A stretch of 64,000 bases of DNA from NCBI GenBank assembly GCA_963737345.1, contig CAVTSM010000003.1:2099171-2163170 (forward strand), written 5' to 3'. The notes beneath the pieces were generated by a model. That model was not told the DNA's origin. It worked only from the letters and a program-made list of their open reading frames with translations, and ran no database searches. A program made the translations under genes and the position numbers. Source of the DNA: an uncultured Pseudomonadota bacterium. Lineage in GTDB: Bacteria > Myxococcota_A > Polyangia > Fen-1088. Shown in pieces: positions 20,514 to 29,042 of this stretch (its first letter is position 1; each line of letters starts with the position of its first letter).

Positions 20514-21053
20514 TCACGGGCTCGTGATGAGCGCGGTCGTCCCGGTCGTGTACGTCGGTTCGCTCTTCACGATGGCGACGATGATGATGATGTAGATGAC
20601 GACCACCACCGCCACGGCCGTCGCCGTGCCCCAGATCGCCGCGCGCCCCTGGATCGATCGCGCCTCGGACTTGTAGGCCGTCGTGTAGATCGCCAGGTAC
20701 TCCGGCGATTTCCCCATGAGGCGCGCCGGCGGCGGCGTGGCCTCCGCGACGTAGGCGATGACGATGCCGATGACACCCAGCAGACAGCCGGCAAAGAACC
20801 ACAGGGTGCCGTTGGTGTCGGCGCGGGCGTCGTTCGTCGCCTCGGCCGTCGCGCGGCCCGCATCTACCGGCTGTGGCGCGTAGTAGGGCTGGCCAGCGTA
20901 GCCGGGCGGCGGCCCATAGCCCTGCGCCGGCGCCGGGCCCCAGCCCTGCTGGGCCATCGCGGGCCGCTGCATCATCGGCAGAAGGATCATCGCGGCCGAA
21001 ACGATCGCCACGACCAGAGTCGAACTCAGCCACCTTCCGGAACCAATCCTCAT
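20514..21053 (-). CDS. Hypothetical membrane protein (Pro/Gly/Tyr-rich region plus two TM helices)
   Basis: ATG with RBS gagagga. QGYGPPPGYAGQPYYAPQ low-complexity region. C-terminal helix VVVVIYIIIIVAIV. First gene of the minus-strand operon. Confidence 0.5.
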   Translation of the reverse strand: MRIGSGRWLSSTLVVAIVSAAMILLPMMQRPAMAQQGWGPAPAQGYGPPPGYAGQPYYAPQPVDAGRATAEATNDARADTNGTLWFFAGCLLGVIGIVIAYVAEATPPPARLMGKSPEYLAIYTTAYKSEARSIQGRAAIWGTATAVAVVVVIYIIIIVAIVKSEPTYTTGTTALITSP

Positions 21054-21221
21054 CGTTTCCTCTCGCAGGCAAAGCCCGCTTCAGGAGGGGGAACAGCCTG
21101 TGCGCCTCGTCTCTTGTACATGAGACGCTCGAGTTCGGTCAACATCCCTGAGCTTCGATCCTGTATCGCCCGGCGCACTCGATGACTCAAGGCTTTCCCG
21201 AGTTCCGCGATATGCAGGGGA

Positions 21222-21668
21222 ATGGGGAGCCCCGAGGAAGCGGTGAACGATGTGTGGGAGGCGGTTTTTGGTGGCCTGAAGCGCCTGCGCGAGCAGTGGC
21301 CCGCCGCGGACTGGAGCTACGACCGGCGTTTCCGCTGCGTGGCTTCGTCCATCCCACTGTCACAAGAGGCGGCGGCACGGGCAGCCATCGAGGCGGCGCT
21401 GCCGACAGCCTGGTCGTCGGAGACGCTGCCCAGCGCGTCGGAGGACGTTCGCGCGCTGGCGGGCACGTGCGGCGGGCTGCGCGCGGCGCAGCTGCTGCTG
21501 TGGGGTGGCCTGCCGAACGGGCCCGGCGCCTTCGGCCTGTGGTGGCCGTGGGGTGACGGAACCACCGTGACCCTGCGAATCGGCCTGCACCATCTGGATC
21601 TGCCGAAAGTCCGATACCCGCGGCTCCGCGACCTGTTCGGGATCCCCCAGGCCGCCGGCCCCGGCTGA
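21222..21668 (+). CDS. Hypothetical protein
   Basis: 148 aa with high GC3 and plausible codon usage. The opposite-strand ORF is an R-rich artefact. No family. Confidence 0.35.
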   Translation: MGSPEEAVNDVWEAVFGGLKRLREQWPAADWSYDRRFRCVASSIPLSQEAAARAAIEAALPTAWSSETLPSASEDVRALAGTCGGLRAAQLLLWGGLPNGPGAFGLWWPWGDGTTVTLRIGLHHLDLPKVRYPRLRDLFGIPQAAGPG

Positions 21669-21772
21669 AGGGCCTGGGCCCGGGGTGGCAGGACCACCCA
21701 CATCGCGGCTCGCCTTGATGGCTCCAGCAACCTGGAGTAACTTTCCAGCGTTTCCGCAGGGCCCCTCTGCCG

Positions 21773-22285
21773 ATGCTCGCGCTCGCATTCACGTTCGCCG
21801 CCACCGCGCTCGCCGCCGCACCCTCGGCCAGCGTCACCTGCGCTGACGGTCCGGCCAGCTGCGACGGCGCCTGGGATGCGCCGGTCGCGTTCGTCGCCGA
21901 CAGCGGGCAAGACCACGACGGTCCGCGCGAATACGCGACGCCCGCCGAGGTCGACTGCCCCGAGCCGCCGCAGCCGGCCCCGGTGCTGGCCAGCGGCGAA
22001 TGCAGCGAAACGCCGGCCGCTTTCTGGTACCGCGTCTCCCGCTATCCCGAAAGCGAGTTGCCGGCGGGGCGTCTGGCCCCTTCGACCCGTCGCGCCCACC
22101 ACGCCGGCGCGGTGACCGGTGGCCTGCCCGACGTCGGCCATTTCACGAAGCTGGCGACTCAGCCGATAGCGCTCGTCGCGCTGCCAGCACTGTTCCCGGC
22201 GGCCTCGCGCCGCCTCGATCACACCTGGGCGCAGGCGCTTCCCGCGCGCGCCCTGGCGCCGCCCGACCGGCCGCCTCGCGCCTGA
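21773..22285 (+). CDS. Secreted hypothetical protein
   Basis: Signal peptide MLALAFTFAATALAAAPSASV; Cys-containing mature region. Confidence 0.4.
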   Translation: MLALAFTFAATALAAAPSASVTCADGPASCDGAWDAPVAFVADSGQDHDGPREYATPAEVDCPEPPQPAPVLASGECSETPAAFWYRVSRYPESELPAGRLAPSTRRAHHAGAVTGGLPDVGHFTKLATQPIALVALPALFPAASRRLDHTWAQALPARALAPPDRPPRA

Positions 22286-22396
22286 CCGCGAAGCAACGGT
22301 TGTGAATTTGACGCGCGTGTGAGGGAGCGGGCCGCGCGGCTCGCACGCGCTGGGATTTCGTCGCGCGGCGTTTCGTTTCCGAATGGAGAGACAGTC

Positions 22397-25015
22397 ATGA
22401 ACAAAGGGACAGTATTGGTCTTGCTGGTGGTGGTGCTGGGAGGGGGCTATGGCCTTGGCCGGCTGGCGACCCGCGACAAGAGCGGCTCGCCCGGCGGCGC
22501 CGCTACGGCGGCGACGGGCGGCTCGACCGCGGGCGACGGTGTCGACCGCGTGCGCGTGCCGCTGGATGGGCCCATGAAGGGCCCGGCGAACGCCAAGGTG
22601 ACGATCGTCGAGTTCTCCGACTTCCAGTGCCCCTTCTGCGGCCGCGTCATGCCGACTTTGCAGCAGATCGAGAAGAACTACGGCAATGACGTGCGCACCG
22701 TGTTCATCCACAACCCCCTTCCCTTCCACCCCAACGCCGAGCCGGCCGCCGAGGCGGCCATCGCCGCCGAGGCGCAGGGGAAGTTCTGGCAGATGCACGA
22801 CAAGCTGTTCGCGAACCAGCAGAACCTGACCCGGCCCGACCTGGAGAAGTACGCCCAGGAGATCGGCCTGGACATGAACAAGTTCAAGGCGGCGCTGGAC
22901 TCGCATTCCGGCAAGAAGAAGATCGATGCGGACCTGGCCGTCGCCAAGCAGGTGGGCGTCCAGGGAACGCCGAACTTCTACATCGACGGCCGCAACGTGC
23001 AGGGCGCGCAGCCGTACGAAGAGTTCAAGAAGGTCATCGACGACGAGATCCAGCGCGCCAACAAGCTGATCGCGCAGGGAACGCCGGCCAACCAGGTCTA
23101 CACGGCGTTCATGAAGGGCGCGAAGACGGCGGCGCAAGCGCAGGCCCAGGCCGCCAAGGGCCCCGGCGCCGGCACCGAGGTCTACAAGGTCGCCGTGGGC
23201 GACGCCCCGACCCGCGGCAGCAAGCAGCCGAAGGTGACGATCGTCGAGTACTCGGACTTCCAGTGCCCGTACTGCAGCCGCGCCGCCGCCACGCTGGACA
23301 CGCTGATGAAGGACTACGCCAGCGACGTCCAGCTGGCCTACAAGCACAACCCGCTGCCGTTCCACCAGCAGGCCATGCCGGCCGCGCTGGCCGCCGAGGC
23401 CGCGCGCGAGCAGGGCAAGTTCTGGGAGATGCACGACAAGATGTTCAAGAACCAGACGAGCCTGCAGCGCGCTGACCTCGACAAGTACGCGCAGGAAGTC
23501 GGCCTGGACATGGGCAAGTACAAAGAGGCGATGGAGAAGGAAAAGGGGAAGGACCGCATCAAGAGCGACATGGCCGAGGCCGAGAAGTTCGGCGCGCGCG
23601 GCACCCCCAACTTCTTCATCAACGGCCACAACTTCCGGGGCGCCCAGCCAATCGAGGCCTTCAAGGCCGTCGTCGACGAGGAGATCAAGAAGGCCGACGC
23701 CAAGATCGCCTCGGGCACGCCGCGCGGGCAGGTCTACGCCGCGCTGACGCAAGGCGGTCTCGACAAGGCGGCCGCGCCGCCGCCACCCAAGGCCAACCCG
23801 GGCGAGCCCGACGCCAACGTGCGCTACCGCGCCGAGATCAAGGGCGCGCCGGTGAAGGGCGCCAAGGATGCGCCGGTCACGATCGTGCAGTGGTCGGACT
23901 ACCAGTGCCCGTTCTGCAGCCGCGTCGAGCCGACCATCAACAAGGTGATGGACGACTACAAGGGCAAGGTGCGCGTGGCGTGGCGCGACCTGCCGCTGCC
24001 GTTCCACCCCAACGCGATGCCCTCGGCGATCGCGGCCCGCGCCGCCGGCGAGCAGGGGAAGTACTGGGAGATGCACGACAAGCTGTTCGCCGATCAGCAG
24101 CACGAGGATCGCGCGACGTTCGAGAAGTACGCGCAGGAGCTGGGCCTCAACATGGCCAAATTCAAGGCGGCGCTGGACGCGCAGAAGGGCAAAGAGGCCA
24201 TCGAGGCGGACGCGGCGGCCGGCGGGAAGATCGGCGCGCGCGGCACGCCGGCCTTCTTCGTCAACGGGAAGTTCCTCTCGGGCGCGCAGCCCTACGAGGT
24301 GTTCAAGGCCAAGATCGACGAGGAGCTGAAGAACGCCGACGGGCTGATCGCCAAGGGGACGCCGAAATCCAAGGTCTATGACGCCCTGATGAAGGACGCC
24401 AAGACCGAGGTGGCGGCCGCCCCGGCGCAGGCCGCACAAGGCGCCGAGAAGACGCCCGAGCAGGACGACACCGTCTTCAAGGTGGCCGCCGGCAACGCGC
24501 CGGCCAAGGGCAGCAAGAACGCCCCGCTGCAGGTGGTCATCTTCTCGGACTTCCAGTGCCCGTTCTGCAAGCGCGTCGAGCCGACGCTGACGCAGATGGA
24601 GAAGGAGTACGGCGGCAAGGTGCACATGGCGTGGAAGAACTACCCACTTCCGTTCCACCAGAACGCCGAGCCGGCGGCCGAGGCGGCCATGGCGGCCAAC
24701 GCCCAGGGCAAGTTCTGGCAGATGCACGACAAGCTGTTCGAGAACAACACGGCGCTCGATCGCCCCAGCCTCGAGAAGTACGCGCAGGAGCTGGGCCTCG
24801 ACATGGCCAAGTTCAAGGCGGACCTGGACGCGCAGAAGTACAAGGACTCGATCGCGGCCGACACCAAGGAAGGCCAGGCGGTCGGCGTGAACGGTACCCC
24901 GGCGGTGTTCATCAACGGGCGCAAGATCAGCGGCGCCTACCCCTGGGAGACGTTCAAGAAGATCGCCGACGACGAACTGGCGAAGAAGCAGGGCAAGCTC
25001 GCCAAGAAGGGGTAG
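22397..25015 (+). CDS. Tetra-domain DsbA-like thiol:disulfide oxidoreductase (four tandem thioredoxin-fold domains in one polypeptide)
   Basis: ATG 22397 after ggagagacagtc. Signal/TM MNKGTVLVLLVVVLGGG. Four about-213-aa repeats, each with F/W-SD-F/Y-QCP(F/Y)C...NPLPFH...QGKFW.MHDKLF...GTP.FFING; CxxC motifs near nt 22628, 23267, 23909 and 24559. Confidence 0.85.
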   Translation: MNKGTVLVLLVVVLGGGYGLGRLATRDKSGSPGGAATAATGGSTAGDGVDRVRVPLDGPMKGPANAKVTIVEFSDFQCPFCGRVMPTLQQIEKNYGNDVRTVFIHNPLPFHPNAEPAAEAAIAAEAQGKFWQMHDKLFANQQNLTRPDLEKYAQEIGLDMNKFKAALDSHSGKKKIDADLAVAKQVGVQGTPNFYIDGRNVQGAQPYEEFKKVIDDEIQRANKLIAQGTPANQVYTAFMKGAKTAAQAQAQAAKGPGAGTEVYKVAVGDAPTRGSKQPKVTIVEYSDFQCPYCSRAAATLDTLMKDYASDVQLAYKHNPLPFHQQAMPAALAAEAAREQGKFWEMHDKMFKNQTSLQRADLDKYAQEVGLDMGKYKEAMEKEKGKDRIKSDMAEAEKFGARGTPNFFINGHNFRGAQPIEAFKAVVDEEIKKADAKIASGTPRGQVYAALTQGGLDKAAAPPPPKANPGEPDANVRYRAEIKGAPVKGAKDAPVTIVQWSDYQCPFCSRVEPTINKVMDDYKGKVRVAWRDLPLPFHPNAMPSAIAARAAGEQGKYWEMHDKLFADQQHEDRATFEKYAQELGLNMAKFKAALDAQKGKEAIEADAAAGGKIGARGTPAFFVNGKFLSGAQPYEVFKAKIDEELKNADGLIAKGTPKSKVYDALMKDAKTEVAAAPAQAAQGAEKTPEQDDTVFKVAAGNAPAKGSKNAPLQVVIFSDFQCPFCKRVEPTLTQMEKEYGGKVHMAWKNYPLPFHQNAEPAAEAAMAANAQGKFWQMHDKLFENNTALDRPSLEKYAQELGLDMAKFKADLDAQKYKDSIAADTKEGQAVGVNGTPAVFINGRKISGAYPWETFKKIADDELAKKQGKLAKKG
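22600..25015 (+). repeat. Four imperfect tandem DNA repeats of about 640-650 bp encoding the DsbA domains
   Basis: Periodic recurrence of tcggacttccagtgcccgt(t/a)ctgc... and ..ggcaagttctggcagatgcacgacaagctgttc.. blocks. The antisense ORFs in the track are mutually similar. Confidence 0.7.
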
Positions 25016-25025
25016 AACCCTTCCG

Positions 25026-25634
25026 ATGAAGCATCCCCCAGCCGCGACACGGCCAGAGGTTGGTGTGTCGCGGCTGCGCCGACTGGCGCCGCTCGCGCTG
25101 ACGGCGCTGGCGGTGGCGTTCGTGGCGGTCAGATTTCTGGCGGCCACCCACGACACCCTGGCGCGCACCCGCGACGGCGCCTGCGCCGCGCTCAAGCCCG
25201 ACCCGCTGCCGCCGATCCTGACCAGCGGCGTGACGCCCGACTTTCAGCTCCCGGACCTGGGCGGACACACCGTATCGCTGAGCGCGCAGCGCGGACACCC
25301 GGTGCTGCTGAATTTCTGGGCCACTTGGTGCCCCCCGTGCGTGGACGAGGTCCCCTCGCTGGAGGACCTGGCCCGCCGGATCGACGGAACCGACCTGCGC
25401 CTGCTGGCGGTCAGCGTCGACGACGACTGGAACGCCATCCGCCGCTTTTTCGTGAAGGGGAGCGCGATGGGGGTCCTTTTGGATACGTCGCACGACGTGC
25501 CCAAGAAGTTCGGCACCACGCAGTACCCGGAAAGCTTCCTCATCGACGCTGCCGGTCGCGTCCGCTATTACTTCATCAACAAGCGCGACTGGTCCGGTCC
25601 CGAAGCCGTCGCCTGCCTGGAAAGCTTGCGATGA
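25026..25634 (+). CDS. TlpA/ResA-like periplasmic thiol-disulfide oxidoreductase (redoxin)
   Basis: N-terminal TM anchor. LLNFWATWCPPCVDEVP. Starts 10 nt after the tetra-DsbA stop. Confidence 0.8.
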   Translation: MKHPPAATRPEVGVSRLRRLAPLALTALAVAFVAVRFLAATHDTLARTRDGACAALKPDPLPPILTSGVTPDFQLPDLGGHTVSLSAQRGHPVLLNFWATWCPPCVDEVPSLEDLARRIDGTDLRLLAVSVDDDWNAIRRFFVKGSAMGVLLDTSHDVPKKFGTTQYPESFLIDAAGRVRYYFINKRDWSGPEAVACLESLR

Positions 25635-26866
25635 CTTCAGCAGCACCTCTGCCGGTCCCGCCGCCGGCGGTGCGCGCGCGTGGCATCCCAGCGCTGCCGC
25701 TGCTGACGCTGATCAACTTCTTCAATTACCTCGACCGCCAGGTCGTCTACGGGATGACGCCGCACATCGGCTCGGCGTTCAACCTGTCCAATTTCAAGCT
25801 GGGCTGGCTGGCGTGGGCCAACCTGTTCGTGTTCGCGGTCGCCTCGCTGATCTCCGGGCCGATCGCCGACCGTGTGGGCCCGCGCAAGGTGATCTTCACG
25901 GGCATCCTGGTCTGGTCGATCGCCACCATCGGCTCGGCGCTCTCGACGTCGTTTCCGATGCTGCTGTTCTTCCGGGCGCTGGTGGGCGTGGGCGAAGGCG
26001 CGTACGGACCGTCGGCCAACACACTGCTGTGCGCCGACGCGCCGCCCGAAAAGCGCGGCCGCGCGCTGGGGATTTACAACATCGGGATGGCGCTGGGCGG
26101 AACCAGCGGCCTGGTGCTAGGAACCATGCTGGCGCCCATCGTCGGGTGGCGCGGGGTGTTCTGGATTGCGGGCGGCCCGTCGGTCTTGCTGACACTGGCG
26201 GCCGCCTTCGTCGCCGCGCCGGATCGCCTGATCCGCCCGCAGACCCTGCCGGCCCGCACCTATCTGCTGTCGCCGGCTTACGTGATGGCGGTCGGGGGCG
26301 GCGTGTTGGCCACCTTCGGCGCCAGCGCGCTCATCTTCTGGGTGCGGACGCTGGTCATCGAAGAGCGCCACCTGAGCGTCACCTTCGGCAGCATCTACAT
26401 GGCGTTCGTGGGCCTGTTCTGTGGCGCCGGCGGCGTCATCGTGGGCGGCTACATGGGCGACGCGCTGAACCGGCGGCGCCGCGGCGGCCACGCGATGACC
26501 ATCGGCGTCTCGATGTTGGCCGCGGTGCCGGTGGGCGCGCTGGCCCTGACGCTCCCCTGGCAGCCGGCGTTCCTGATCCTGACCGCGGGTGCGGCCTTCC
26601 TGCTGTCCGTCTACAACGGCCCTTCCGCCGCGGTGATCGACGAGCTGGGACCACCTCAATACGCGGCAACCCTGCAGGCTGTCTCGATGTTCAGCCTGCA
26701 CGTGCTCGGAAACTCCCCCGCGCCGTCCATCATCGGCCGGATCTCCGACCAGCTCCACGTCCCGATCTCGGGCGCGCTGCAGGCGGCGATCGTCGCGTTT
26801 GGCCTCTCGGGCGTGCTGTTCATCTTCGTTGCACGCCGGCAGCGCACGATGCCCCAATATCACTGA
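25631..26866 (+). CDS. MFS transporter
   Basis: ATG 25631 overlaps the TlpA-like stop (ATGA). 12-TM pattern; LDRQVVYGMTPHIGSAFNLSNFKLGWL...GPIADRVGPRKV. The track ORF starts upstream in an R-rich artefact. Confidence 0.8.
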   Translation: MTSAAPLPVPPPAVRARGIPALPLLTLINFFNYLDRQVVYGMTPHIGSAFNLSNFKLGWLAWANLFVFAVASLISGPIADRVGPRKVIFTGILVWSIATIGSALSTSFPMLLFFRALVGVGEGAYGPSANTLLCADAPPEKRGRALGIYNIGMALGGTSGLVLGTMLAPIVGWRGVFWIAGGPSVLLTLAAAFVAAPDRLIRPQTLPARTYLLSPAYVMAVGGGVLATFGASALIFWVRTLVIEERHLSVTFGSIYMAFVGLFCGAGGVIVGGYMGDALNRRRRGGHAMTIGVSMLAAVPVGALALTLPWQPAFLILTAGAAFLLSVYNGPSAAVIDELGPPQYAATLQAVSMFSLHVLGNSPAPSIIGRISDQLHVPISGALQAAIVAFGLSGVLFIFVARRQRTMPQYH

Positions 26867-26870
26867 GCCG

Positions 26871-27593
26871 ATGACCACCGCCCCCACGACGCAGGACTAT
26901 TACGATCGGTTCGCCGCCGGCTACGAGGCCGAGCGCCACCACGGCTACCACCGGCTGATCGACGACCTGGAGCTGGACCTGGTGCGCCGCTTCGGCGCGG
27001 GCCGCGACGTGTTCGAAGCCGGCTGCGGCACAGGCTTGCTGCTGCGTGAGGCGGCCGCGGTCGCCCGCTCGGCGGTGGGGCTGGATTTGTCCCGCGGCAT
27101 GCTGCGGCCGGCGCGCGCGCGCGGCTTGCGCGTGGTCCAGGGTTCGCTGACCGACGTGCCGCTCCCGTCGGCGTCGTTCGATCTGGTCTACAGCATGAAG
27201 GTCCTGGCCCACGTTCCGCCCATCGAGCGCGCGGTGGCGGAGCTGGCGCGTCTGGTGCGCCCGGGCGGCCATTTGCTGCTCGAGTTCTACAACCCGTTCT
27301 CGCTGCGCTATCTGGCCAAGAGGCTGGGCGGCCCGGGGCGGATCGCCGCCGACGGCACCACCGAGAAGGACGTGTACACGCGATTCGACACGCTGGCGCG
27401 CGCGCGCAGCTACTTGCCGGCCGGCGTCGACCTGATCGCCGTACGGGGCGTGCGCGTCGTGACACCGTCTTCCCACGTCTTCCGCCTGCCGGCGCTGGCG
27501 CGCCTCTTCGCGTGGGCCGAGCGGACGGCTTGCGACCTGCCCGTGTTGCGCAACCTGGGCGGTTTCATGATCCTGGTCGCGCAAAAGCGCTGA
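26871..27593 (+). CDS. Class I SAM-dependent methyltransferase
   Basis: ATG 26871, 4 nt after the MFS stop. VFEAGCGTGLL motif I. Confidence 0.75.
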   Translation: MTTAPTTQDYYDRFAAGYEAERHHGYHRLIDDLELDLVRRFGAGRDVFEAGCGTGLLLREAAAVARSAVGLDLSRGMLRPARARGLRVVQGSLTDVPLPSASFDLVYSMKVLAHVPPIERAVAELARLVRPGGHLLLEFYNPFSLRYLAKRLGGPGRIAADGTTEKDVYTRFDTLARARSYLPAGVDLIAVRGVRVVTPSSHVFRLPALARLFAWAERTACDLPVLRNLGGFMILVAQKR

Positions 27594-27597
27594 AGCC

Positions 27598-28245
27598 ATG
27601 GCCATCCGCTTCGAGCTGCCGCCCCGCGGGACGCTGACCCCGAACAACGCGGACGATCCGCTGCCGTACTATTACAAGCCATCGGTCGGCTGGCTGTACC
27701 GCCACCGCCTGCAGATGGGGCTCGACTTCCTGGACGCCCGTCCCGCCGGCCGCGTCCTCGAGGTGGGGGTCGGCAGCGGCGTGCTGGTGCCGACGCTGAC
27801 CCGCGCCTTCGCCGCGTACACGGGCACCGACCTGACCCTGGCGCCGAATCTGGATCGGCTGGTGGCGCCCAGCTGTCGCGCGGAGTTCCGGCGGGCCGAT
27901 CTCCTGCGCGACGGCGATCTTCCCGCCGGCCACTTCGACGCCATCGCTTGCTTCTCGGTGCTCGAGCACATCGCCGACGCAGACGGCGCCGCCCGCAGCC
28001 TGGCCCGCGCGCTGGCGCCCGGCGGCACGCTGGTGACCGGCTACCCGATGGTCAGCCCCCTCATGACGCGCGCCTTCGCGCTGATCGGGTTCGACCGCAT
28101 CGACGACCACCACGTCAGCCCGCCGGCGCGCATCGCCGCCGCGCTGGGGCGCGTTCTGACGCCGCGCGGGCGCGCCGCCTTCCCGCCCCGTGCGCCGGTG
28201 GCCGCGGCGCTGTACCAGTGCACCGCCTGGACGCGGCCGCGATGA
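27598..28245 (+). CDS. Class I SAM-dependent methyltransferase
   Basis: ATG 4 nt after the previous stop. VLEVGVGSGVL motif I. Confidence 0.7.
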   Translation: MAIRFELPPRGTLTPNNADDPLPYYYKPSVGWLYRHRLQMGLDFLDARPAGRVLEVGVGSGVLVPTLTRAFAAYTGTDLTLAPNLDRLVAPSCRAEFRRADLLRDGDLPAGHFDAIACFSVLEHIADADGAARSLARALAPGGTLVTGYPMVSPLMTRAFALIGFDRIDDHHVSPPARIAAALGRVLTPRGRAAFPPRAPVAAALYQCTAWTRPR

Positions 28246-28252
28246 CCGACGG

Positions 28253-29038
28253 CTACTGCCGCTCGATGGTGATCAGCATGCGAAACGCCACCCACCGTCG
28301 AACGACCCGCGGAAGGCGATTTTCGAGACCATTCAAGAACGACCAGACCTTCATCGGGAGCACCGGTCGATACGAAAAGCCGCCCGAGGCCAGGTAACTC
28401 AGCCCGGCCAGGTACTCGACCTGCCGGACCGCCAGCGCCGGACATTCCTTTTCGAACGTTTTCCGCGCGCGCCCGAAGATCAGGGTCGGAATCGCCTGAT
28501 TGGACGCAAACGGGTCGCGCGGGCCGGCGGCGGTCTGATCGGCGAGCGGATCGACCCACAGCCTGAGCGGCTCGGCGTGGAAGACCTTATAGATGGGATA
28601 CGACATCGGGCTCACATAGGGCTCGCACATCACGAGGCGCCCGCCCGGACGCAAGACGCGCGCGGCTTCCGCGAAGAACCGTCGCGGCGACGGAAGGTGA
28701 TGCAGAACGTCCAGCAGAACCAGCGCGCCCAGGCTGCGATCGCCATGGGGCAGCGCTTGCGCGTCCAGCTCACGGTCGTGCCAAGGCGCGCGCACCAGGT
28801 CGGTCAGCTCGAGGTCGGGGATGAACCGGCGCGCGAAACCCGGTCCAGAGCCGATTTCGACGCGCGGCCCAACCGACGGCGGCGGCAGCGCAGCGGCAAT
28901 CCGGCCGTACCACTCACTGTAAAGAACGCGAAGGGCGGCGTTGGCCTCCCAGGCCAGGCGGTGCCGCTGAAAACGCTCGATCGTCGCCAGACGCTGTTCT
29001 TCGGAAAAGCTCATCGAAGCCGGTTCGCCGCAGGTCAC
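28253..29038 (-). CDS. Class I SAM-dependent methyltransferase
   Basis: VEIGSGPGF motif I...LVMCEPY. GTG 29038 or ATG 29014. Its stop is 7 nt from the convergent MTase stop. Confidence 0.7.
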   Translation of the reverse strand: MTCGEPASMSFSEEQRLATIERFQRHRLAWEANAALRVLYSEWYGRIAAALPPPSVGPRVEIGSGPGFARRFIPDLELTDLVRAPWHDRELDAQALPHGDRSLGALVLLDVLHHLPSPRRFFAEAARVLRPGGRLVMCEPYVSPMSYPIYKVFHAEPLRLWVDPLADQTAAGPRDPFASNQAIPTLIFGRARKTFEKECPALAVRQVEYLAGLSYLASGGFSYRPVLPMKVWSFLNGLENRLPRVVRRWVAFRMLITIERQ

Positions 29039-29042
29039 CCGT

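Noticed and set aside
22600-25015. Regularly spaced repeats that might suggest a CRISPR-like array
   Set aside because: The period is about 645 bp and the repeats are protein-coding (DsbA domains), not 25-40-bp repeats with unique spacers. No cas genes are present.
21317-25195. 1292-aa minus-strand ORF, the longest in the track
   Set aside because: Antisense to the tetra-DsbA gene. It has extreme R/L/G/V bias and no motifs. The forward frame has four perfect thioredoxin-fold domains.
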